Assembly: GCA_001179505.1 (NCBI GenBank)
Contig: CDMY01000687.1
Coordinates: 1-30,397, forward strand
Source of the DNA: Vitrella brassicaformis CCMP3155
Lineage: Eukaryota; Protista; Chromerida
Length of the DNA stretch: 30,397 bases
Reading direction: 5' to 3'
Shown: in pieces, positions 10,148-20,249 of the stretch
Layout of the letters: every line of letters begins with the position of its first letter
Position numbering within the stretch: the first letter of the stretch is position 1
Program-made: the position numbers and the translations under genes
Notes under the pieces: model-generated
The model's database searches: none
What the model was told of the DNA's origin: nothing
The model's input: the letters and a program-made list of their open reading frames with translations, nothing else

Positions 10148-10790
10148 CTTTTCTGTCTGTGTGAGAAGGTCCCTTCCCCCTTTGGCATACAGCAACTTCA
10201 TCACATCTTCTGTATCACTCATAGTTTCTGCAGCAGCGATGAATGGCGTGTCGTCATTCTGCACTCAACACACAATTGATCGACGAAAAGAGGCGTCAGA
10301 GACATTCGTGTGCTCTGTTGCCTTGTCGCGTGCATTGATCAGTTTGGGATCCCACTCCATCAGCTGATCGACCCGCAAGATTTCCAAGTCACTGTGCGGC
10401 AGCCCAGTGCAGGGCGTTCTCACCACACTGCATTGCATCACAGCCAACACACATCTCATCAGCAGCAGCACAGAAGATGGTTTGTCTGTGTTGGTACCTC
10501 GTCTATCTGCTGCAGTATGTCACGTTTGCTCTCATACATGATGTACATGATGCCGACGTGACCTTTCACTGCAGCTTCCAGGAAGGGCGTGTACTGCGCA
10601 GGAATGGGAAAGAGTGTATTTCTTCTCTCTCCCCCCCTCTCTCTCTCCCTCCCTCTCTCTCTCTCTCTTGTTCTCCCCTTTTTCTTGTTTTGTACCTGAA
10701 ATGCATTTCGTTGGTCGAGTATGTCCTTTGAAGACTTGTCGATGAGCGAACGAACGGACTGCGCATCGCCGGCCTTGACGTCTCAAATAT
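10148..10790 (-). pseudogene. Ankyrin-repeat protein pseudogene (core exons; true ends uncertain, approx 9870-11500)
   Basis: Exons ...LIDKSSKDILDQRNAFQ|YTPFLEAAVKGHVGIMYIMYESKRDILQQIDE (10498-10593)|CGENALHWAAAQ*...VDQLMEWDPKLINARDK (10322-10427; TGA at 10389-10391 and 106-nt length imply a frameshift)|NDDTPFIAAAETMSDTEDVMKLLYAKGGRDLLTQTEK (10148-10258). Confidence 0.82.
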
Positions 10791-12164
10791 GTCTTATGCA
10801 CACAACCAGCACAAGAATAGCGGCCCATTGACGTGTGGGATTCAGTTGCTGTCTCCCTCACGTGTTTGATCTGCGGCTGTGGGGCGCTCGGCGGTGTCTT
10901 CACTGATGGCGGTTGAGTGGGGGACTTTGCACACACAAAGAGCATTGAGTGGTGTGGCACTCTGTTGGTGTGTGTGTATGTCTCACAGACCTATGTGCTG
11001 TGAGGGCGGCCGAGAGGTCTTGGCCGCCCTGCTCGTCGTTGTACTGGCTGTGCTCACGTGAACACTCGATGAATGGCCGACGGGAGACACACTGGCTGGA
11101 GGAAGCGATACAGCTGCAGCAGACCACAATGAGACACACTGATAAACACCTATGAAATTGACCTTGTCGCTTGGAGCTTCCAAACAGCCACCCAGCGGAC
11201 CCGTACCAGGTTCCGTAGCCCCCTTTTCCTTCTCTGTTTCCACTTGAGGAGGGGAGGGCGTCGGAGGATGCGAGATCCCCAGCTTGTCGAGAACCTGCCA
11301 TCAAGACGGACCAAGTGTATGAGCCTGCCTCTATTTGCAGTCTGACTTTTTTGGATGGTCGCAAGGAGGGGGGAGAGAAAAATAGAACATCATGGGGCAT
11401 CTCTTCGTTGTCGATCTGCCTTGATGGAAGTCCTGGTGTGCGGCGGCAGAGATGCCGGGATGTCAGGAATCTGACAGAAGGGAGACACGAGTGAATGTAT
11501 AAGACACGAATGTATAAGACACGAGACGCTGCAAGTACCTCTTTTTTGTCGATGACCTTCCGACTGATCTGCATCAAACCTTTGCCTTCAAACGGTGGTC
11601 GACCTGCCGATTATGCCTGCTGTCTCATATTGTGTCTCGCCTGTTTTTTGATCTGCTGCTGACCTCCATGAAGCTCGCCCAGTACTTAGAACGCACATAC
11701 GCAGGTGCACAAGAGAGAGCTGATGAACTAGTGGTTTGAACCATGTCTCTTTTGTATGTGGGACTGCTTACTGCCGCCCAAAGCCCATACGTCCGCCTTG
11801 ACAGTCGACTTGTCCACTGACAGAGAGAACAACAAGCGCCTGAAGTAATATTGACTCGCTTCGCTTACAGTCTGTGTTGTAGCCCTCGGGGGGCATATCT
11901 ATAGCCACGAGTCATTTCTGCTCTCGTGAGCCGCACTGTGAACGATCCGTGTGTGAATACCGGCGGTCACCGTTGTCTTCCTCTGAGCACCGCGAATCAT
12001 CCCGAAATCCGATATCTTGATCTTTTGGCGGTGACCCAACTGACAAATAAGTGAAACAACAACAAGAGTTCTGAAACTGTGTGAAAGAGAGGATCTCTGT
12101 TGTGGCCGACCAAAATGTTTTCAGGTTTCAAATCTCTGTGGACGACTTGGTTATCGTGAAGATA

Positions 12165-12528
12165 TTAAACGCCCTCACAGATCTGTGAGCAAGACACACA
12201 CACGCAGACAGGGGCACTCATAGATGACGGAGACATAAGAGACCTGTCCATGCTCCTTTCGGCCTGTTTGGCGAAGCTGTCTCGCACATCGGGCGGCAGC
12301 GGTCGGTGCTTGGTCAGATAGGATGCCAGGGAGCCGCCCTCACACAACTCTGACAATGGCGAGGAGACACGAGAAGGGACAAGGCGCACGGATGAAAAGA
12401 AGAGTGAACTGACAACCTATGACGATCATGAGTCCGTGTTTGTCGTCTCTGCAGACGCCCAGCAGCTGTACTATGTTTGGGTGTCGGAGCTGAGCCATAG
12501 GCAATGCCTCCTTGAGCACCTCCATGAA
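12165..12528 (-). pseudogene. Protein kinase (TKL-like) fragment, subdomains III-VIa start, three exons
   Basis: 12417-12528 FMEVLKEALPMAQLRHPNIVQLLGVCRDDKHGLMIVI | 12264-12349 ELCEGGSLASYLTKHRPLPPDVRDSFAKQ | 12165-12182 ICEGV*. Stops before the HRD loop; no Gly-rich loop or VAIK exon found upstream. Confidence 0.85.
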
Positions 12529-12607
12529 CTGCACTGCACTCAAATGGGTCTCCCCCTTACTGGCGTGCAAGCTCGCAAGGGAAGGAGGCCGAGTCCCGCC
12601 CGATAAT

Positions 12608-15600
12608 ATGCAGGGTGTGTTTGTGTACCTAGAGCTGTGGCTGACCCTTTTACCCATTCAAGCAGCCCCTTCATCCCACCTCATCTAGCGGGCACCGCGT
12701 CTGCTGCCAGAACGGGCTCTACAAGCCAACGAGAGCTACGACGGCAGCTGCAAGTGGACAGACTGCACCAAGTGGTACGTGCTGTCCGTCTCAGTGGCCT
12801 TCCGGCCCACGAGCACGTCAGAACGATCGATCCTGCCACTGGACACGATTGATGAGCTCTCCAGCGCTGAGTGTGCGCCGTGCGCTGCTGACGCTGATGC
12901 GCTCAGCAGGCTGACGCTGAAGACCGGCCTGATGAACAAGACTGAGGCGGCAATCTTTGCGACGGACTTCTGCTCCGTGTCTTTCATCGTGTGTATTCGA
13001 CTACTTGATGGGGCTGAGGGGTATCTGCTGCTGTTGTGGGGTCAGGTGGGGGACGGATGGGCGGCGTCCCTTAGAACAGAAGGGAAGACGGTGCCTTTCC
13101 CGCCTGAAGTCTATGAGCTGGAGGCCATTCTTGGGTTTGTGGATTGTGACTGTCCCCTTTGAGGGCCAGCTGATGGAGGGCATTGGCAATTTAGCGACGC
13201 TGCGGCTGCTCGTATTAAGAGAATGTGCGCACAAAGAACGCCGACAAGAACACAAGGATCACATTTCCATGTCTCTATTTGGGTGTCTCAGACACACATG
13301 TACGGGAGCCTACCCGTGTCGCTTGGCAACCTGACGTCTCTCAAGGTCCTATCCGTTGTAGGCTCATTGCAGGAGGTCGCTTTCTCAGGACCGCTCCCCC
13401 CCGCGCGACTACAGTCCCTCTTGGGGCTCTGGATCATGGACACCTCATTCGAGGGCTCGTTGGATAAGCTCGTCAATCTCACGCAACTCAAGTACCTTGT
13501 TCTCCGGCGGCCTGGCCTATGGCTTTCACGTATTCCTCCCACCCTCGGCCCCAACCTGACGTCTCTTGTGCTCAGCGATGTCGGCCTGAGCGGCCCCTTG
13601 TCTGATGGGTTTGGATTGACCTGGCCGTATCTCGTGGGGCTGGACCTGTCGTACAATACGGTCGGTCGAGATATCACGGGAAAACAGGGCACTACCGTTG
13701 ATCATCATGGCTGACTTGCTGTTGCAGTTATCAGGGCCGCTCCCCGCAGCGCTTGGCAACGCGACAGGTATACAAAGAATCGATCCTTGCTGCCAAGGGG
13801 GGACGAATGGAGGCTTCCAGGGCAGCCTTCCGGCTGAGTGGGGCTCACTCACAAAACTGAAACTTCTCTATCTGAACTCAAGCAATCTGACTGGCACCAT
13901 CCCTGAGCAGTGGGGTAGCTTATCGTCCTTGCAGTGGCTGGATTTGGGAGCCAATCGGCTCTCGGGGACCTTAAATGCTGTCGGCTCACTTCGGAATCTC
14001 AAGGAATTAGATCTTCACAACAACCAGGTCCCGTCGGTGAATTCACGCACCTGCCGCCACTGTTCTGTTCCGGCCACTTCTCTCTCACTTCTCTCTCTCC
14101 CCCTATGTGTATGTGTGTATGTCATTTCAATGTAGTTCACAGGACAGGTGCCTGGCGGCCTTGGGGAGTGCAGGGACTTGGTGATATTCAACGCTTCGCA
14201 AAACCAAGTCGGTGAAGAGACGCAGAAGGAAATGGATGACTATTCACAGATGCCTTTTTGTTGCAGCTTTCGGGGCCGCTCTCCGCAGCGCTTGGCAATG
14301 CGATGAATCTAGCTGAAATCGATCTTTGCTGCCAGACCGATGGAGGCTTCCAGGGCAGCCTTCCTGCTGAGTGGGGCTCACTCACAAAGCTCGGAATTCT
14401 CCTTTTCAGACGAAACAATCTCATCGGCGCCATCCCTGAGCAGTGGGGTAACTTATCGTCGTTGCAGTGGTTGGATTTGCAAATCAATCGGCTCTCGCGG
14501 ACCTTACATGCCGTCGGCACTCTTCGGAATCTCAAAGGATTATATCTTAGCAACAACCAGGTCCGATCAATTTCTGCCCGATCCCCGCCTTTGTACTGTC
14601 ACTTCTCTCTCTCCCTCTGTGTGTGTGTGTGTGTGTGTGTCACTTCTATGTAGTTAACAGGACAGGTGCCTGACCGCCTGGGGGAGTGCAGGGACTTGGT
14701 GATGTTCCACGCTCCGCAAAACCAAGTCGGTGAAGAGATGGAGGAAAAAGATGACTATTCACAATGCCTTCTTGTTGCAGTTATCAGGGCCGCTCTCCGC
14801 AGCGCTTGGCAACGCGACGGATATACAAGCAATCGATCTTTGCTGCCAAGGGGGGACGAATGGAGGCTTCCAGGGCAGCCTTCCTGCTGAGTGGGGCTCA
14901 CTCACAAAACTCGAGTTTCTCAGTTTGAGAGAAAACAATCTTACTGGCGCCGTCCCTGAGCAGTGGGGTAACTTATCGTCGTTGCAGTGGCTGGATTTGG
15001 GAGCCAATCGGCTCTCGGGGACCTTAAATGCTGTCGGCACTCTTCGGAATCTCAAGGAATTAGATCTTCGCAACAACCAGGTCCGGGCGGTGAATTCACG
15101 CACCTGCCGCTACTCTTCTGTTCCGGCCAGTTCTCTCTCACTTCTCTCTCTCCCTCTGAGTGTGTGTGTGTGTGTGTGTATGTGTGTGTGTTTCTGTCAT
15201 TTCGATGTAGTTCACAGGACAGGTGCCTGACGGCCTGGGGGAGTGCAGGAACTTAGTGATTTTCACCGCTGCGAAAAACCAAGTCGGTGAAGAGACGCAG
15301 AAGGAAATGGATGACTATTCACAGATGCCTTTTTGTTGCAGCTCTCGAGGCCGCTCCCCGCAGCGCTTGGCAACGCGATGAATCTAGCACAAATTGATCT
15401 TTGCTGCCAAGGGGGGACGAATGGAGGCTTCCAGGGCAGCCTTCCTGCTGAGTGGGGCTCACTCAGAAAGCTCGAGTTTCTCAATTTGAGACAAAGCAAT
15501 TTGACTGGCACCATCCCTGAGCAGTGGGGTAACTTATCGTCATTGCAGTTGCTGGATTTGAGAGCCAATCGGCTCTCAGGGACCTTGAATGCTGTCAGCT

Positions 15601-16798
15601 GGCTTCGAAATCTCAAGGAATTAGATTTTAGCAACAACACGTAAGAGCTCTGTTATCGTGAAGCGAGACAGGTCATACTTTTTTTGCAGATTCACAGCCC
15701 TAGCGCCCTCACTTGAAAAGTGGACAAAACTGCGAGAGCTTGAGCGGCAACTCACTAACCGGAATGCTACCTCCTCGAAAGCCCCTCGTGTCACTCAGAA
15801 GACTCGACCTCAGCTTTAATCGTATTGAGGGCCTTACTGGAAACGGCTCTCTTCCCGAAACGTAAGATACACATTGTGCTACACATTGTGACAGTGATTG
15901 TCTTCAGGCTAGAGGAGCTTTATCTTCGCAACAATACTCTTCGCTCCATTCCAACCACATGGTCTCGTCTGCCTGCTGTGAAGCAGATAGAATTGAGAAG
16001 CAACAGCATTGATTCACGCGGCTGGCCGAGATGGTTTCAGACACCAAAAGGATACTGTGACAACTATCATAAATGTAGGCAAATAAAGTGCATATTATCT
16101 GCATTTGTGCTCTGTGTGCTGTTAGTGACGCGTTTTGAAGATGAAGCAATGCTATCCGCACCAAATCCTCCCTTCTGTATGATACGGATGTGCGTAGATT
16201 GTGTGATTACTACGTTTTCATGCCGTCTTCAGGGGCTCTTGTGCATACGCCAAACTTCTCTCACAACCCTCTGGAAATCGATGTCATTCACTTTCTACAG
16301 CCATTTCGAGCGTTGCCGAGGCGAGTAGGAGAGACACACTGTATCTATGAATTGAGTACACGAGTGTGTGTATGTGTGCAGTCTGACGTATCTCAGCTGT
16401 GAGAACTGTGTGTTATTTGGCGCCATAACTGATGACGCTCTCTGTTATGTCGAGATAGAGGAGCTACGAAAGTGGCTTAGAAAGCCCTCTGAGATACCTG
16501 TAAGCACACTGCATGCTTCCTACGTCAACTCTTACTATCTTCGGCCTACAATGGTGTTTATCCGACAGATAGTTTTGCGGGTCTCTCAAAAGGCGGCACT
16601 TTGGAACTTAATTCAAACAAGATCTCGATGGTCTCCATTCGCCGCCCAGCCTTCAATGCTAAGCCATATGGGTGGCTTTCGAGCCCTTCGAGGCTCGCTG
16701 CTTCTGTGTGGTTACGGAACACCACGCTTGAAAAGTTTGAGATGTCGGTTTCTCACGATGAATGGCCGAGAAAGTTGGACTTACACTTCAATCCTGTT
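12608..16798 (+). pseudogene. Plant-type (LxxLxLxxNxLxGxIP) extracellular LRR protein / receptor ectodomain pseudogene
   Basis: Signal-peptide-like MQGVFVYLELWLTLLPIQAAP at 12608, then in-frame TAG at 12686-12688, a Cys N-cap, and a +1 frameshift near 13135. LRR exons 13292-13660, 13728-14027, 14136-14207, 14267-14560, 14654-14725, 14781-15080, 15211-15282, 15342-15640, 15690-15861 (172 nt, frameshift near 15742), 15908-16074, 16233-16320, 16382-16500, 16568-. Cut by the CRE-like element. Confidence 0.9.
13728..15640 (+). repeat. Tandem exon-intron module repeat (periods 539, 514, 561 bp) inside the LRR gene
   Basis: Four copies of a ~300-nt four-LRR exon and three copies of a 72-nt one-LRR exon, with homologous introns. 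Confidence 0.95.
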
Positions 16799-18141
16799 AA
16801 GGGGTGGGTGCGCGGCGTGCGCGCGCTCACGTCTGCTGCCCGCAACTTCCCACACACGGCCCACGCGGCAATGACGAGGTCTCTGCAGATGGAGTGGGAC
16901 TACGTCTTTCGTGTCGTGCTCACCGACGAGTGCGCTCTCAGCCCCCTCCGCGAGGCCATCGCCAAGGAGCTGCTGCCGGCCCTCCTCGGCGGCCCTGTGA
17001 CGCCGTCCGAGGTCGACCTGATGCTGCTGCCTGCCCGGCATAGCGGCACCGGCATATGTGACCCTCTCGACCGTGCCGCAGCCGCCTACCCCGCTTCCCG
17101 CGCGAGCACCAAGGTGGTCTCCAAGTCCGTCCAAGGCAAGGCTCCGTTCCACCCTGGCGACCATCGTGCCACCATCCGCCACGCCCTCACCCGGAGCAAG
17201 CAGCAGCAGGACGTCGCCCACAAGACCAAGAGGGAGGCCGCCCTGCCGCACATCGACCGCCGGCGCCATCGCGTCCTCTCCCGCAGCGCCGAGTACAAGA
17301 CGTCCGGCTGGCTGACCACCCTCCCGTCGACAGACAACAACACTGGTCTTGATGCTGCGGAGTTTCGAGATGCCCTCAACATGCGTTACGGCCGTCACCC
17401 CCCCGGCCTCGCTGCACGCTGCGACCACTGCAACCAGCCCCTCACCGTCGACCATGCGCTGTGCTGCAAGCGGTACGGCCTGGTGATTCGTCGCCACGAC
17501 GAGCTGCGGGACACTTTTGCCGAGCTGATTGGGATGGCGTGGGGGGACGCTGGTGTGCGTCGGGAGGTGGTGTTGAAGGAGGGAGAGGAGGGGGAGGGTG
17601 GGGTCAGGGCGGACATCGTCGCTCGGGGCGTGTGGGAGCGGCAGGCGGCTGCGTCGTTTGACATCTGTATTACGGATCCTGACGCAACGTCTTACGCTTC
17701 CAAGAACCGATCGACCAAGTCCATCCTGAAGCAGCACGAGACCGCCAAGAAGAAGAAATACCGCTCGGCCGTCTGCGACTCCCGCGTGACCTTCTGCCCT
17801 CTGGTGGTGACGTGTGACGGTGTGTGGGGACACGATGCCAACGTGTTCATCGCCCACATGGCTCATGCGCTGTTGGAGAAGGAGGGGTGGAAGGGTCGGG
17901 GGTTCAGTCATGTGTCTGGATGGATTCGCTCTCGCTTGTCTATCGCCCTCGCGCGTGCGACTAGCTTCTGTCTGCGTGGGGGAGGGAGGGGAGGGTTTGC
18001 GGGACTGGGGTGTGCTGATGGGGCGGGGATTGATCCCTCCTCCCCTTGAGCCTGTTTGAGTCTGCGTGCTGATGGGACTGTATTTGTATGAGTATCACGG
18101 ACACACAGACGAGTGTTACGGTTAATGACAGTTTCCCCCCC
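16799..18141 (+). mobile_element. 5'-truncated CRE-like non-LTR retrotransposon (subfamily B): end of RT/thumb, zinc knuckle, REL endonuclease, 3' UTR, C7 tail
   Basis: WVRGVRAL..A...PHTAHAA...SLQMEW.Y..R, LPARHSGTGI, SGWLTTLP, CDHC...HALCC, RRHDE, RAD..FDI, K..KY; stop at 18047-18049. The 3' end is validated by the copy at 2382-2508. No TSD found. Confidence 0.92.
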
Positions 18142-18197
18142 AGACAATGACGACTCACTGAAGGCTGACTTTCTCTGCCTTTGGTCCCTGTTTGCAG

Positions 18198-20236
18198 GCT
18201 GTGGTCGTTCGCAAACGATATGCGCCGGTGAGAATGACTGGCGAGCGGAGTTTCATGTTTGCGGACGTGTCTGTGAACGATTTCTCTGCAGGGCAAAGTG
18301 CAGCCGCACGCTGACCACTTCATCACCAAGCGTCCCGCAAAGAGGACATTCAGAGATCGCCAGGGCAGCGACATTTTCGCTCTCACTGGGGTAAGGATGC
18401 ACTCACGTACAGGTCACGTGAACGCCCATCGCTGCGGGTATCCATTGGTGTGGCAGGTGGGCTTCACTGAGGAAGAAGATGCCATGATCCTGAGGATGCT
18501 GCCGGAGGTAGCGGCGGTCTGCGGGCGGGACTATGAGGAGATCAAAGGCACGGGCAGATTGATGAAAGCCATGGATGCAGTGATGTCACTGAATGATGTG
18601 TCTGCCCGTGTGTCTTCTTCTGGTTTTGGCTGTCAGAGTTGGCGAAGAGGGGAGTCGATCGCTGCAATGACGTTTTGCACAAGGAGGGCGTGTGGACTCA
18701 GCTGGGTAAGACGCAGATGGATCTGTGTACTCACAGAGCACACACATCATCCCAATGTGTGTGTGTGTGTGTGTGTCTGGTCAACTCAGCTGGCCACTTT
18801 CCCCACCGCACCGTCGCTGCAGTCCGCCGCCGGGCACTCTTGCTGCTGGCCAGTGAAGAGCCCAACATCAAGAGCGGCAGGTGGGCACCCGACGAGGAGA
18901 GAAAACTTCTCCGACTGATGCGCCGCCTCGGCAGAGACCTCAAGGTCAGCTGCAGAATACAAACAGAGAAACAACTGTCTGATACAGACACACATGTGGG
19001 TGTGCTGTGTGCAGGTGTTGTCTGAGAAGCTGCACCGCAAGCAGGAGTCTGTGCGCAAGAAGGTCAGGCAGATGCAGCGCAGCGAGCAGCGCCAGCGAGA
19101 TGAGGAGACCACCAAGTGCGAGGACGTGGAGGAGTGGAGCACAGACACGAGCACATCGGCTAATGAGAGCGGCTCGACCGGCACAGCAACCGGCACAGCA
19201 ACCGACAAGCTGACGGACAAGGACGACGACGGCCTTCTGTCTATCATCCAGTGAGTTTGGACACGTTCATCAATGGACAGACAGCTCTCCCCCTGTCCTG
19301 CCACTGTATCTGTCTGCATTGTTCTGTGTGTGTGCGTGCGCAGGGAGGAGACGGGCCTGCAGCTGCCTCTGCCCAACCTCACCTGGAAGGAGATAGCACC
19401 AAGCGTTCGCTCTCAAATGGGCAAAAAGGTCACCGATTCCCGCCTAAGGGCGTTTTATAGCGGCCTCTTCGTCCGGCGTGCGTGCAAGACTCTCAGGATC
19501 TCGCGGGACGCGGTGAACGATGTGCGCAGCAAGGAAGGAAGGACCTGTGCCAAGACACTGTACACACACATCCCCCACTGGTTCCCGCGTGTCTGTGTGT
19601 CTACGCTTTGCTACGTAGTTGCTCTTCCGCGTTCTCCTTCGCTACGTCAAGAGGGTCTTCGCCATCACACCTGGTGCGGCCCATTCAGGGTGGATCAACG
19701 AGATCGACACCGCGGCCGCCACGTACTTCTGGCCGCAGTTGGAAGTCAGGCGCTTCTTCAAGGTAACCCAACACGACACACACCGCACCGATCATGTCGT
19801 CGCTTGCCTCCCTTCTCCCCGGCAGACTCGGTTTGACTCGCAAAGGATCCAGATCCTCCTCGATCGGGACACCTCCCCCGTCAAGCAGGTCAAGAGGCTC
19901 CACAAAGCCCTCAGCTGCAAAAAGCTGAAGGAGGAGGATGCGGCCACCATCGACAAGATCGTGCAGCTATACAGCAAACCGGCCGACAGCACTGGCGGCA
20001 CAAGCAGCAGCAGCACGGCGGCGAGTGGCATCGAGGCGGCTGAGAGAGCGCCTGGCAAGGCCACCAAGAAGCGGCGCAGGGGTGGGGAGGAGATCTCCAT
20101 GAGGCCGTCGGACAGCCCGTTCGCCAGCCTAGCCGAGCCAGAGGGAGAGTGCGTGAGCGGCATGGACGACGCCACCAACAGCACCCCTCCCCCACAGAAG
20201 AAAAAGCGCAAAAGGGGCAAGAGGCCGACGGAGTAG
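18198..20236 (+). CDS. Myb/SANT-repeat protein, TTF1/Reb1/DMTF1-like, lacking its 5' end
   Basis: Spliced reading VGFTEEEDAMIL...WTQLAGHFPHRTVAAVRRRA...KSGRWAPDEERKLLRLMRRLGRDLK|VLSEKLHRKQESVRKKVR...LTWKEIA; basic NLS-like C-terminus QKKKRKRGKR*. No internal lesion seen; no start exon found downstream of the CRE element. Confidence 0.75.
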
Positions 20237-20249
20237 ACAGGGCAGGGGG

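Noticed and set aside
12736-12987. IDRSDVLVGRK as the kinase N-lobe start
   Set aside because: No GxGxxG follows, and the opposite strand encodes the LRR N-cap in frame with the signal peptide.
16781-17911. 376-aa antisense ORF (also 1059-1751 + and 29185-29652 +)
   Set aside because: These are shadows of GC-rich coding sequence on the opposite strand, with no motifs of their own.
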